Shown piece by piece: positions 22,316-32,260 of a stretch of DNA of 64,000 nt. The position numbers and the translations under genes are program-made. The stretch is from Escherichia coli (GTDB lineage Bacteria; Pseudomonadota; Gammaproteobacteria; Enterobacterales; Enterobacteriaceae). The notes beneath the pieces were generated by a model that ran no database searches, had not been told where the DNA came from, and worked only from the letters and a program-made list of their open reading frames with translations. The stretch is from assembly GCF_029227855.1 (NCBI RefSeq), contig NZ_CP074356.1, one strand, 5' to 3'. Position 1 is the stretch's first letter. The number at the start of each line of letters is the position of its first letter.

Positions 22316-24394
22316 TTAAATCAATGCCGATTTATCAATTCCCAGTCGCTTCATCCGTGACAGCAGAGTCGTGCGTTTCAGCCCCAGACGTTGCGCAGCG
22401 CCTTTAGGCCCGGCAACCACGCCGTTTGTTTCTTTCAGCACGCGAACAATCAACTGATATTCATCTTCGCCCTCCTGGGCGACAACCGTTGCGGCAGGCG
22501 GCGTTTCTGGTTCCGGTAAAACAATATCTGGCAGTGACAGCTGCAGCACGTTGCCGCGTGTTAGCAATACCGCGCGCTCGATGACGTTTTCCAGTTCGCG
22601 CACGTTACCCGGCCACTCCATGTTGCTCAAGGTGCGCAACGTCTCGGCAGGAATGCTGTCGATATTGCGCCCCAGACGACGGGCAATTTTGAAGGTAAAG
22701 GCTTTCGCCAGCAGCGGAATATCTTCCGGACGCTCGCGCAGGGGCGGCAGGTGGATCGGGAATACGTTCAGGCGGTAATAGAGATCGCTACGGAACTCTC
22801 GGTCGGCGACCATTTTTTTCAGATCGCGGTTAGTCGCGGCAATTAAACGTACGTCCGTCTGAATGATTTTGTTGCTGCCGAGGCGTTCAAACTCCTGTTC
22901 CTGTAATACACGCAGCAACTTCGGCTGTAACTCCAGTGGCATATCGCCCACTTCGTCGAGGAACAGGGAGCTTTTATCCGCCAGTTCAAAACGACCAATG
23001 CGCTGGGCGCTGGCACCGGTAAAAGCCCCACGCTCATGACCAAACAGATCGCTCTCCAGCAATCCGGCAGGCATCGCCGCGCAGTTCATTTTTACCATGC
23101 GGCGATTATTACGCCCACTGAGATTATGGATAGCACGGGCAATCAGCTCTTTACCTGTACCAGTTTCACCGAGAATCAGCACGGTACTGTCGCTTTGCGC
23201 CACCATTTCAACTTGTTTAAGTACGCTGTACATGGCTTCGCTGCGGCCAATAATCTCGCCAAATTCACTATCAACATTGTTGAGCTGCTCGGTCAGGGCG
23301 AGGTTTTCATCAACCAGCCGTTCTTTCAGACGATGGATTTCCTGATAGGCGAGGGCGTTATCGACAGCGATTGCCACACGTTCGGCAATCTGGCGCAGTA
23401 AATTCAGATTGGTAGTGGTAAACACTTTCTCTTCGCATTGCGCCAGTTTCAGCACGCCCAGCATGGTGTCGCCAGACATCAGCGGTAACAGGCACAAGGT
23501 TTGAATCTGGTTGCCCCAGGTGTCGAACAACATGCGTTCATAGGGGGCTAAATCGTCCCGCTCGTGGAGATTAATCAGCAGCATCTCTTTGCTTTTGAAC
23601 ACGCGTTCGGTGAGGGTTCCGGCTTCATCGACTTCGCTCTGTTCGTGGGCGGGATGCTGTTTATCAAGATAGTGAGTGGAGTAGATGTTGAGTTTGTTTT
23701 TACGGTGGCTGCGTAAGACGATGCTGATATCGTCAATGTCGAAGTAGTAATGGATTTCTTTGGCGACTTCGCTGACCAGTTCGTCCATATCCAGGCGGGA
23801 AAGCACCGCGTTGGTGATGGCGACCAGGATACGGAAGTTATCGCGCTCCCGGCATAACAACTCATAGTCGACATTATTGACGACGCGGCTCTGGATTTGT
23901 TCGGTGACGACAGAAACGATCTGCGTAAATGTTTGCAGACGATTGAACTCTTTTTCGCTCCAGGGGCGATCGTCATAACGAATAAATTCACAGCCACCAA
24001 AAATATGCCCTTCCGCCGCCAGTGGCATCAGGCAATAGTGACCAAATTTGGGGTATAGCCCACCTGCGGCCAGCTGCGGCCAGGTTTCACAAAATTCTTC
24101 GTAACTGCAATGCAGCGTATCAGGGCGCGACAAAATGCTGCGTACCGGACCGTGTGCCAGAACAGTTTCGTCTTCATATTTAATGGGGGTGTCTTTTTCA
24201 CGCGATGCGTAATAAGACGCACGTTGAGTCTGCGCTTGCCACAACACAATAGCCGCGTTGTCGGCGAGCGCAGAACGCTTTACCAGTTGCGAAAGAGCCT
24301 CACACAGCGAGGCCAGATCGGGCTGCTGCAATAGTGTCCGAGTGATGTCGAACAACCCTTGTTGTCCGAGATCACTCATCGGTGTATATGACAT
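22316..24394 (-). CDS. fhlA: Formate hydrogenlyase transcriptional activator FhlA (sigma-54 enhancer-binding protein)
   Basis: Track ORF 22316..24430; start set to the ATG encoding MSYTPMSDLGQQG (692 aa); GAF domains, AAA+ sigma-54 interaction domain ([14 protein letters not shown]) and C-terminal HTH. Confidence 0.95.
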   Translation of the reverse strand: MSYTPMSDLGQQGLFDITRTLLQQPDLASLCEALSQLVKRSALADNAAIVLWQAQTQRASYYASREKDTPIKYEDETVLAHGPVRSILSRPDTLHCSYEEFCETWPQLAAGGLYPKFGHYCLMPLAAEGHIFGGCEFIRYDDRPWSEKEFNRLQTFTQIVSVVTEQIQSRVVNNVDYELLCRERDNFRILVAITNAVLSRLDMDELVSEVAKEIHYYFDIDDISIVLRSHRKNKLNIYSTHYLDKQHPAHEQSEVDEAGTLTERVFKSKEMLLINLHERDDLAPYERMLFDTWGNQIQTLCLLPLMSGDTMLGVLKLAQCEEKVFTTTNLNLLRQIAERVAIAVDNALAYQEIHRLKERLVDENLALTEQLNNVDSEFGEIIGRSEAMYSVLKQVEMVAQSDSTVLILGETGTGKELIARAIHNLSGRNNRRMVKMNCAAMPAGLLESDLFGHERGAFTGASAQRIGRFELADKSSLFLDEVGDMPLELQPKLLRVLQEQEFERLGSNKIIQTDVRLIAATNRDLKKMVADREFRSDLYYRLNVFPIHLPPLRERPEDIPLLAKAFTFKIARRLGRNIDSIPAETLRTLSNMEWPGNVRELENVIERAVLLTRGNVLQLSLPDIVLPEPETPPAATVVAQEGEDEYQLIVRVLKETNGVVAGPKGAAQRLGLKRTTLLSRMKRLGIDKSALI

Positions 24395-24467
24395 TTTGTT
24401 CTTCCAGGAAAGCACCGCAAAGCGGTGCAAAAGGTCATTGACTAACTATAGGAGATTTAGAATTTTA

Positions 24468-25478
24468 TTAGCATATACGCGGAAGCGGTTCGGCGTGTGG
24501 TAAATCGAGGGTTCGTTTCACGCCATACAGACCGGCAAGACGAACACCTTTACGTTCCACCACTTCACCAATCAGCGCCGCGTCTTTCCCCAGTGGATGG
24601 GAATGTAACGCTGCCAAAACTTGCTCTGCCGCGTTGCGTTCAACGGCGATCACCAGTTTGCCTTCGTTGGCAAAGTTAAGGGCGTCCAGTCCCAGCAGTT
24701 CGCAAACGCCGCGCACAGCAGGTTTAACCGGCAGTGCCGCTTCTGAAATTTCAATACCGCAACCGCAGGCTGCCGCGAACTCATGAACTACCGCGTTTAC
24801 ACCACCACGGGTGGCATCACGCAGCGCTTTCACGCCGGGAATGTCACGCAGCGTCTGAATAAGCGGCGTTAGTACCGCGCAGTCGCTGACCAGTTCGCCG
24901 TCCAGCCCCAGTTGCTCACGCAGGTTAAGGATAGTCGCCCCGTGGTCGCCGAGCGTGCCGCTAACCAGTAATACATCGCCTGCGGTTAGCGTCTGTGCGC
25001 CCCAGTGAATATTCGCCGGAATTGCGCCCATGCCAGCGGTGTTGATAAACAGTTTATCTGCCGCGCCGCGCTGCACCACTTTAGTATCGCCAGTGACGAT
25101 GGCAATGCCTGCCGCGCGGGCGGTTTCTGCCATGCTGGTCACTACGGCTTTCAGTGTCTCCATCGGCAATCCTTCTTCGAGGATAAAGCCACAGGAGAGA
25201 TAGCGCGGAATAGCGCCACTGACCGCTACGTCATTCGCGGTGCCGCAAATCGCCAGCTTGCCGATATTACCGCCAGGAAAGAACAGCGGGTCAATGACGT
25301 AACTGTCGGTGGAGAACGCCAGACGGTCGCCTTCCGCTACCAGCTGCGCCAGATCAAGACGGGCCTGATCTTCCTGCTCTGCCAGCCACGGGTTGGCAAA
25401 GGCTTCCATAAACAGGCTGTTGATTAATTGCTGCATCGCCTGGCCGCCGCTACCGTGGGCGAGTTGGATATTATTCAC
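24468..25478 (-). CDS. hypE: Hydrogenase maturation protein HypE
   Basis: Track ORF 336 aa; GTG start; AIR-synthase-like fold; C-terminal PRIC. Confidence 0.93.
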   Translation of the reverse strand: MNNIQLAHGSGGQAMQQLINSLFMEAFANPWLAEQEDQARLDLAQLVAEGDRLAFSTDSYVIDPLFFPGGNIGKLAICGTANDVAVSGAIPRYLSCGFILEEGLPMETLKAVVTSMAETARAAGIAIVTGDTKVVQRGAADKLFINTAGMGAIPANIHWGAQTLTAGDVLLVSGTLGDHGATILNLREQLGLDGELVSDCAVLTPLIQTLRDIPGVKALRDATRGGVNAVVHEFAAACGCGIEISEAALPVKPAVRGVCELLGLDALNFANEGKLVIAVERNAAEQVLAALHSHPLGKDAALIGEVVERKGVRLAGLYGVKRTLDLPHAEPLPRIC

Positions 25479-26596
25479 GCTTCACTCTCCTGCTGACGAT
25501 ACTGATACCACGCGGCGCACGCTCCTTCGGAGGAAACCATCAGCGCACCAAACGCGGTTTGAGGATTACAGGTGTTACCAAACAGCGGGCATTGATGCGG
25601 CTTACATTTGCCCGTTAATACTTCGCCACAACGTGCGCGCGGGTCATCGCAGACCTGCTGCGGTGCCGGGCGGAAATGCGCTTCGGCATCGAATCGTTGA
25701 TAATCCGGCGTCAGGTGTACACCAGAAGATTCAATCACGCCTAAGCCGCGCCATTCGCTGTCGCCGTTGACACAGAACACATCGGCAATCGCCTGTTGCG
25801 CCAGCAGGTTACCGGCATCCGGCACCACCCGACGATACTGATTCTCTACCTTGCTGTGGGCCGCTATTTTCTGCTCCACCAGCATGACCACGCCTTGCAG
25901 TAGATCAAGGGGTTCGAAACCAGCGACCACCAGCGGACGATGAAAATCGCTGGCGATAAAATTATAGGCATCAGTGCCGATAACCATACTAACGTGACCG
26001 GGCGCAAGAAACGCGTCGATACCGTTATCCGGCTCTTCCAGCAAACTGCGCAGCGTCGGGATAAGCGTAATATGCTGGCAGAAGAAGTAAAAATTCTGCA
26101 CATCACGCGCTTTCGCCTGTTGCAGAGTGATGGCCGTCGTCGGCATGGTGGTTTCAAAACCTAAGCCGAAGAACACCACTTTGCGGGTTGGATTCTCCTG
26201 CGCCAGTTTCAACGCATCCATCGGCGAGTAAACGATGCGCACATCGGCACCGCGTGCTTTTGCCTGCAACAGCGATCCCTGTTTCCCCGGCACGCGCATG
26301 GCGTCGCCAAAGGTACAGAAGATGACTTCCGGATGGCTGGCAATCTCCACGCAGGTGTCGATTCTACCCATCGGCAGTACACACACCGGGCAACCGGGAC
26401 CGTGGATAAACTCAACGTTTTCCGGCAGCAACTGGTCGAGGCCGAATTTAAAAATGGCGTGGGTATGACCACCGCACACTTCCATAATCCGCAGAGGGCG
26501 TTCGGCGGTGTAAGAGAGATGTGAAGCACGTTCGCGCAGATGCTCAATTAACTGCATCACCTGTTCCGGCGAGCGATATTCATCAACAAAACGCAT
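25475..26596 (-). CDS. hypD: Hydrogenase maturation protein HypD
   Basis: Track ORF 373 aa; conserved CGGH and GPGCPVC motifs. Confidence 0.93.
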   Translation of the reverse strand: MRFVDEYRSPEQVMQLIEHLRERASHLSYTAERPLRIMEVCGGHTHAIFKFGLDQLLPENVEFIHGPGCPVCVLPMGRIDTCVEIASHPEVIFCTFGDAMRVPGKQGSLLQAKARGADVRIVYSPMDALKLAQENPTRKVVFFGLGFETTMPTTAITLQQAKARDVQNFYFFCQHITLIPTLRSLLEEPDNGIDAFLAPGHVSMVIGTDAYNFIASDFHRPLVVAGFEPLDLLQGVVMLVEQKIAAHSKVENQYRRVVPDAGNLLAQQAIADVFCVNGDSEWRGLGVIESSGVHLTPDYQRFDAEAHFRPAPQQVCDDPRARCGEVLTGKCKPHQCPLFGNTCNPQTAFGALMVSSEGACAAWYQYRQQESEA

Positions 26597-26868
26597 TATT
26601 TTTCCTCGCCATACAACAGCGCACCGACATCCGGCTCAACGTCAAACATGTTTTGTAAGGCGTCGAGAGTGTCGCGCGCTTCGGCTTCATTAATTACGCT
26701 CATGGCAAAGCCAACGTGAACCAGTACCCACTGGCCCACGCGCGGCTGACCGTTTTCATCGCAGCTGCCGACTAACGTTAAATCGACATCGCGCTGAATG
26801 CCGCAGACGTCGACTTTCGCCTGGTTGCCGTCAATGGTGCGGATCTGGCCGGGAACGCCTATGCACAT
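26596..26868 (-). CDS. hypC: Hydrogenase maturation chaperone HypC
   Basis: Track ORF 26596..26895 trimmed to the ATG encoding the canonical MCIGVPG N-terminus (90 aa). Confidence 0.9.
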   Translation of the reverse strand: MCIGVPGQIRTIDGNQAKVDVCGIQRDVDLTLVGSCDENGQPRVGQWVLVHVGFAMSVINEAEARDTLDALQNMFDVEPDVGALLYGEEK

Positions 26869-27731
26869 CGCTGTGTCTCCAGCCAGTTCAGCCACTGGTC
26901 CATCCCTTCGCCGCTGGTGGCGGAAATAAGGATGATTTCAATTTCTGGATTGACTTCGCGGGCGCAGGCGATGCACTTCTCAACGTCAAAGTTGAGATAC
27001 GGCAGCAAGTCAACTTTGTTGAGCAGCATCAGCGAAGCTGCGGCAAACATATGCGGATATTTCAGCGGTTTGTCTTCACCTTCGGTAACGGAAAGCACCG
27101 CCACTTTGTGTTTTTCACCGAGATCGAAGCTGGCCGGGCACACGAGGTTGCCGACGTTTTCGATAAACAGAATACCGTTATCGTCCAGTGGCAGGCGCGG
27201 TGCGGCGTCGGCAATCATCTGTGCGTCAAGATGGCAGCCTTTACCGGTATTCACCTGAATCGCTGGTGTGCCGGTAGCGCGAATGCGTGCGGCATCGTTC
27301 ACGGTTTGCTGATCGCCTTCAATAACCGCGCACGGAACGCTGTCTTTCAGGCGCATTAAGGTTTCCGTCAGCAGGGTGGTTTTACCGGAACCAGGGCTGG
27401 AAACCAGGTTGAGCACCAGTTGCTTGCGGGCAGCAAAGCGCGCGCGGTTGCGTTCAGCCAGACGGTTATTTTTGTCCAGCACGTCAATTTCGACTTCCAG
27501 CATCCGACGCTGGCTCATGCCCGGCGCGTGAGTGCCCGCTTCGCCATGACCGTAATGCAGGTCGCCTTCTTCAGTCTGGCTGGGGGTAAATTCAGGCGTT
27601 TTAATGCCGGTGATTTTCATCTTCGGGCGTGCCGCCGGGGCAAATGGCGCGCTACGAAACGCGGAATGAGGGTTATGTTCATCACCCTCGATATACAGGT
27701 TGCCTTCACCGCAACCGCATGTTGTACACAT
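26859..27731 (-). CDS. hypB: Hydrogenase nickel-incorporation GTPase HypB
   Basis: Track ORF 290 aa; N-terminal [10 protein letters not shown] metal-binding motif; P-loop GSGKTT. Confidence 0.93.
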   Translation of the reverse strand: MCTTCGCGEGNLYIEGDEHNPHSAFRSAPFAPAARPKMKITGIKTPEFTPSQTEEGDLHYGHGEAGTHAPGMSQRRMLEVEIDVLDKNNRLAERNRARFAARKQLVLNLVSSPGSGKTTLLTETLMRLKDSVPCAVIEGDQQTVNDAARIRATGTPAIQVNTGKGCHLDAQMIADAAPRLPLDDNGILFIENVGNLVCPASFDLGEKHKVAVLSVTEGEDKPLKYPHMFAAASLMLLNKVDLLPYLNFDVEKCIACAREVNPEIEIILISATSGEGMDQWLNWLETQRCA

Positions 27732-27734
27732 CGC

Positions 27735-28085
27735 TCACTCCTGGTCTATTTCTATCCGCCGAATCTGTAAACCGTCGTCTGCCACAATCTGTAGCATGTC
27801 ACCATGACACTGTGGACAGCGGCGGACGCGCTGGGTCAGTAGCGTCACATACTGTTGGCATGTTTCACACCAGCATTCGGCCTCTTGTTCTTCGAGGTGC
27901 AGTTTACAACCTTCCGCCACGCTGCCGCGGCAAACCAGATCAAAACAAAAGGCAAGAGAGCTGGTTTCGACACAAGAAAATGCGCCAATTTTGAGCCAGA
28001 CCCCAGTTACGCGTTTTGCGCCGTGTTTTGCGGCCTGCTGTTCGATCAATTCCAGTGCCCGTTGGCAGAGGGTTATTTCGTGCAT
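27735..28085 (-). CDS. hypA: Hydrogenase nickel-insertion protein HypA
   Basis: Track ORF 27735..28097 trimmed to the ATG encoding MHEITLC (116 aa); zinc-finger CxxC pairs. Confidence 0.9.
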   Translation of the reverse strand: MHEITLCQRALELIEQQAAKHGAKRVTGVWLKIGAFSCVETSSLAFCFDLVCRGSVAEGCKLHLEEQEAECWCETCQQYVTLLTQRVRRCPQCHGDMLQIVADDGLQIRRIEIDQE

Positions 28086-28115
28086 ATCGCCTCCCATTAA
28101 CTATTGCCAGCTACA

Positions 28116-28132
28116 AGCAATAATTGTGCCAG
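28116..28132 (-). promoter_or_regulatory. Sigma-54 (-24/-12) promoter of the hyp operon
   Basis: Reverse complement reads cTGGCACaattaTTGCt, with correct GG to GC spacing, upstream of hypA. Confidence 0.75.
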
Positions 28133-28157
28133 TGTTGATTATCCCTGCGGTGAATAA

Positions 28158-28196
28158 TGTCGATGATGTCGAAATGACACGTCGACACGGCGACGA
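28158..28196. promoter_or_regulatory. Candidate FhlA upstream activating region between the divergent hyp and hyc promoters
   Basis: Two direct TGTCGA repeats followed by an inverted TCGACA copy (tgtcgatgatgtcgaaatgacacgtcgaca); position matches the known FhlA-dependent hyc/hyp control region. Confidence 0.5.
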
Positions 28197-28244
28197 AATT
28201 CATCTTTAGCTTAAAAATCGCTTTAATAACAATAAATTAAAAGT

Positions 28245-28260
28245 TGGCACAAAAAATGCT
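28245..28260 (+). promoter_or_regulatory. Sigma-54 (-24/-12) promoter of the hyc operon
   Basis: TGGCACaaaaaaTGCt with canonical spacing, 37 nt upstream of the hycA ATG. Confidence 0.75.
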
Positions 28261-28296
28261 TAAAGCTGGCATCTCTGTTAAACGGGTAACCTGACA

Positions 28297-28758
28297 ATGA
28301 CTATTTGGGAAATAAGCGAGAAAGCCGATTACATCGCACAGCGGCATCGTCGCCTACAGGACCAGTGGCACATCTACTGCAATTCGCTGGTTCAGGGGAT
28401 CACGTTATCGAAAGCGCGCCTGCATCACGCCATGAGCTGCGCGCCGGACAAAGAACTCTGTTTCGTCCTTTTTGAACATTTTCGCATTTACGTCACCCTG
28501 GCGGATGGCTTTAACAGCCACACCATCGAGTATTACGTCGAAACAAAAGATGGTGAAGACAAACAGCGGATTGCGCAGGCGCAACTGAGCATTGACGGCA
28601 TGATTGATGGCAAGGTCAACATCCGCGATCGCGAACAGGTTCTGGAACACTATCTCGAAAAAATCGCTGGCGTTTACGACAGCTTATACACCGCCATTGA
28701 AAACAATGTGCCGGTGAATTTAAGCCAACTGGTAAAGGGACAAAGCCCGGCAGCATGA
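28297..28758 (+). CDS. hycA: Formate hydrogenlyase regulatory protein HycA
   Basis: Track ORF 153 aa; first gene of the hyc operon. Confidence 0.9.
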   Translation: MTIWEISEKADYIAQRHRRLQDQWHIYCNSLVQGITLSKARLHHAMSCAPDKELCFVLFEHFRIYVTLADGFNSHTIEYYVETKDGEDKQRIAQAQLSIDGMIDGKVNIRDREQVLEHYLEKIAGVYDSLYTAIENNVPVNLSQLVKGQSPAA

Positions 28759-28882
28759 GCTGAGGCTTTGCCCGTTTTGCAGGCGTTACGCCTGTTTGGG
28801 GATGGGCGTGTCGATGAGTGTCGAAAATGACATTTCATCGGCATGTTTTCGTCAAAAATGACAATCACCTGAGGAATGCCTG

Positions 28883-29494
28883 GTGAATCGTTTTGTAATT
28901 GCTGACTCCACGCTCTGTATCGGCTGCCACACCTGTGAGGCCGCCTGTTCAGAGACGCATCGCCAGCACGGCCTGCAATCAATGCCGCGCCTGCGAGTGA
29001 TGCTCAATGAAAAAGAATCTGCGCCGCAGCTCTGTCACCACTGTGAAGATGCGCCCTGTGCGGTGGTCTGCCCGGTTAACGCCATCACCCGCGTTGATGG
29101 GGCCGTGCAGTTGAATGAAAGCCTGTGCGTAAGCTGCAAACTGTGCGGCATCGCCTGCCCGTTTGGCGCAATTGAATTTTCCGGCAGCCGTCCGCTGGAT
29201 ATTCCGGCAAACGCCAATACCCCGAAAGCGCCACCGGCACCGCCTGCTCCGGCGCGTGTCAGCACATTGCTTGACTGGGTGCCAGGTATTCGCGCGATCG
29301 CCGTCAAATGTGACCTTTGTAGCTTTGATGAACAAGGTCCGGCCTGCGTGCGGATGTGCCCGACTAAAGCCCTGCATCTGGTGGATAACACCGATATCGC
29401 CCGCGTCAGCAAACGTAAGCGTGAGCTGACCTTTAACACGGACTTTGGCGATCTCACCTTGTTTCAGCAGGCTCAAAGTGGAGAGGCTAAATGA
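28883..29494 (+). CDS. hycB: Formate hydrogenlyase subunit 2, 4Fe-4S ferredoxin-type
   Basis: Track ORF 203 aa; multiple CxxCxxCxxxCP clusters. Confidence 0.93.
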   Translation: MNRFVIADSTLCIGCHTCEAACSETHRQHGLQSMPRLRVMLNEKESAPQLCHHCEDAPCAVVCPVNAITRVDGAVQLNESLCVSCKLCGIACPFGAIEFSGSRPLDIPANANTPKAPPAPPAPARVSTLLDWVPGIRAIAVKCDLCSFDEQGPACVRMCPTKALHLVDNTDIARVSKRKRELTFNTDFGDLTLFQQAQSGEAK

Positions 29495-31317
29495 GCGCAA
29501 TTTCCCTGATCAATAGCGGCGTGGCGTGGTTTGTCGCCGCCGCTGTTCTGGCATTTCTCTTTTCTTTTCAAAAGGCGCTAAGCGGCTGGATAGCCGGAAT
29601 TGGCGGCGCGGTGGGTAGTCTGTATACGGCAGCCGCGGGCTTCACTGTACTGACTGGCGCGGTTGGCGTGAGCGGTGCGCTGTCGCTGGTAAGCTACGAT
29701 GTGCAAATCTCTCCGCTTAACGCGATTTGGCTGATTACGCTCGGCCTGTGCGGTCTGTTTGTCAGCCTCTACAACATTGACTGGCATCGCCACGCGCAGG
29801 TGAAGTGCAACGGCTTGCAGATCAATATGTTGATGGCTGCTGCCGTCTGTGCCGTCATCGCCAGCAACCTCGGTATGTTCGTGGTAATGGCAGAAATCAT
29901 GGCCTTGTGCGCGGTGTTCCTCACCAACAACAGCAAAGAGGGCAAACTGTGGTTTGCACTGGGGCGTCTTGGCACTCTGCTGCTGGCGATTGCTTGCTGG
30001 CTGCTGTGGCAGCGTTACGGCACGCTGGATCTGCGCCTGCTGGATATGCGTATGCAACAGCTGCCGCTCGGTTCCGATATCTGGCTGCTCGGTGTGATTG
30101 GCTTTGGCCTGCTGGCCGGGATTATTCCGCTGCACGGCTGGGTGCCGCAGGCACATGCTAACGCCTCTGCGCCAGCTGCCGCGTTGTTTTCCACGGTAGT
30201 CATGAAAATTGGCCTGCTGGGCATTTTAACCCTGTCACTGCTGGGCGGTAATGCACCGCTGTGGTGGGGAATCGCGCTGCTGGTGCTCGGCATGATCACC
30301 GCGTTCGTCGGTGGTCTGTATGCGTTGATGGAACACAACATCCAGCGCCTGCTGGCTTACCACACCCTGGAAAATATCGGCATTATCCTGCTGGGGCTGG
30401 GCGCTGGCGTAACGGGTATCGCGCTCGAACAACCGGCGCTGATTGCTCTTGGCCTGGTCGGTGGTCTGTACCATCTGCTTAACCATAGCCTGTTCAAAAG
30501 CGTACTTTTCCTCGGGGCGGGGAGCGTCTGGTTCCGTACCGGTCATCGCGATATCGAAAAACTCGGTGGTATTGGCAAGAAAATGCCGGTTATCTCCATC
30601 GCCATGTTAGTTGGGCTGATGGCAATGGCTGCGTTGCCGCCGCTGAACGGGTTTGCCGGGGAATGGGTTATCTATCAATCCTTCTTCAAACTGAGCAATA
30701 GTGGCGCGTTTGTTGCCCGTCTGCTGGGGCCGCTGCTCGCAGTGGGTCTGGCAATTACCGGTGCGCTAGCGGTGATGTGTATGGCGAAAGTCTATGGCGT
30801 CACGTTCCTCGGCGCGCCGCGTACCAAAGAAGCCGAAAACGCCACCTGTGCGCCGCTCCTGATGAGCGTAAGCGTAGTGGCACTGGCGATTTGCTGCGTA
30901 ATTGGCGGTGTTGCTGCGCCGTGGCTGCTGCCGATGCTCTCTGCTGCTGTACCTCTGCCGCTGGAGCCTGCTAACACCACCGTTTCTCAACCCATGATCA
31001 CGTTGCTGCTGATTGCCTGCCCGCTGCTGCCATTCATCATTATGGCGATTTGCAAAGGCGACCGTTTGCCGTCGCGTTCCCGCGGCGCGGCCTGGGTGTG
31101 CGGCTACGACCACGAAAAATCAATGGTGATTACCGCTCACGGTTTTGCCATGCCGGTGAAACAGGCGTTTGCGCCAGTGCTGAAACTGCGCAAATGGCTG
31201 AATCCGGTGTCGCTGGTGCCGGGCTGGCAGTGCGAAGGCAGTGCGTTGCTGTTCCGCCGGATGGCGCTGGTTGAACTGGCGGTGCTGGTGGTGATTATTG
31301 TTTCACGAGGAGCCTGA
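29491..31317 (+). CDS. hycC: Formate hydrogenlyase subunit 3, membrane antiporter-like (NuoL/M/N family)
   Basis: Track ORF 608 aa, polytopic membrane protein. Confidence 0.93.
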   Translation: MSAISLINSGVAWFVAAAVLAFLFSFQKALSGWIAGIGGAVGSLYTAAAGFTVLTGAVGVSGALSLVSYDVQISPLNAIWLITLGLCGLFVSLYNIDWHRHAQVKCNGLQINMLMAAAVCAVIASNLGMFVVMAEIMALCAVFLTNNSKEGKLWFALGRLGTLLLAIACWLLWQRYGTLDLRLLDMRMQQLPLGSDIWLLGVIGFGLLAGIIPLHGWVPQAHANASAPAAALFSTVVMKIGLLGILTLSLLGGNAPLWWGIALLVLGMITAFVGGLYALMEHNIQRLLAYHTLENIGIILLGLGAGVTGIALEQPALIALGLVGGLYHLLNHSLFKSVLFLGAGSVWFRTGHRDIEKLGGIGKKMPVISIAMLVGLMAMAALPPLNGFAGEWVIYQSFFKLSNSGAFVARLLGPLLAVGLAITGALAVMCMAKVYGVTFLGAPRTKEAENATCAPLLMSVSVVALAICCVIGGVAAPWLLPMLSAAVPLPLEPANTTVSQPMITLLLIACPLLPFIIMAICKGDRLPSRSRGAAWVCGYDHEKSMVITAHGFAMPVKQAFAPVLKLRKWLNPVSLVPGWQCEGSALLFRRMALVELAVLVVIIVSRGA

Positions 31318-31319
31318 GA

Positions 31320-32243
31320 ATGAGTGTTTTATATCCGTTAATTCAGGCGCTGGTGTTATTTGCCGTTGCGCCGCTGCTCTCCGGTATAACCCGCGTGGCG
31401 CGCGCCCGCTTGCATAACCGTCGCGGGCCGGGCGTGTTGCAGGAGTATCGCGACATTATCAAACTGCTGGGTCGCCAGAGCGTTGGCCCGGATGCCTCCG
31501 GCTGGGTGTTCCGCCTGACGCCGTATGTGATGGTGGGCGTCATGCTGACTATCGCTACTGCGCTGCCGGTGGTGACCGTTGGTTCTCCGCTGCCGCAGCT
31601 GGGCGATTTGATCACTTTACTGTATCTCTTTGCCATCGCGCGTTTCTTCTTTGCCATTTCTGGTCTGGATACCGGTAGCCCGTTTACCGCTATCGGCGCG
31701 AGCCGTGAAGCGATGCTTGGCGTGCTGGTTGAACCGATGCTGCTGCTTGGTCTGTGGGTCGCCGCACAGGTTGCCGGTTCCACCAACATCAGCAACATCA
31801 CCGACACCGTTTATCACTGGCCGCTGAGCCAGAGCATTCCGCTGGTGCTGGCGCTTTGTGCCTGTGCATTCGCCACCTTTATCGAAATGGGCAAACTGCC
31901 GTTCGACCTGGCGGAAGCCGAGCAGGAGTTGCAGGAAGGTCCGCTCTCTGAGTATAGCGGCAGCGGCTTTGGCGTCATGAAATGGGGTATCAGCCTGAAA
32001 CAGCTGGTGGTGTTGCAGATGTTCGTCGGGGTGTTTATTCCGTGGGGACAAATGGAAACCTTCACCGTCGGTGGGCTGCTGCTGGCGCTGGTGATTGCCA
32101 TCGTCAAACTGGTGGTTGGCGTCCTGGTTATCGCGCTGTTCGAAAACAGCATGGCCCGTCTGCGTCTTGATATTACTCCGCGCATTACCTGGGCTGGGTT
32201 TGGCTTTGCATTTTTAGCGTTCGTCTCCTTGCTGGCGGCGTGA
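31320..32243 (+). CDS. hycD: Formate hydrogenlyase subunit 4, membrane (NuoH-like)
   Basis: Track ORF 307 aa, membrane protein. Confidence 0.93.
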   Translation: MSVLYPLIQALVLFAVAPLLSGITRVARARLHNRRGPGVLQEYRDIIKLLGRQSVGPDASGWVFRLTPYVMVGVMLTIATALPVVTVGSPLPQLGDLITLLYLFAIARFFFAISGLDTGSPFTAIGASREAMLGVLVEPMLLLGLWVAAQVAGSTNISNITDTVYHWPLSQSIPLVLALCACAFATFIEMGKLPFDLAEAEQELQEGPLSEYSGSGFGVMKWGISLKQLVVLQMFVGVFIPWGQMETFTVGGLLLALVIAIVKLVVGVLVIALFENSMARLRLDITPRITWAGFGFAFLAFVSLLAA

Positions 32244-32260
32244 TTAAAGAGAGTTTGAGC

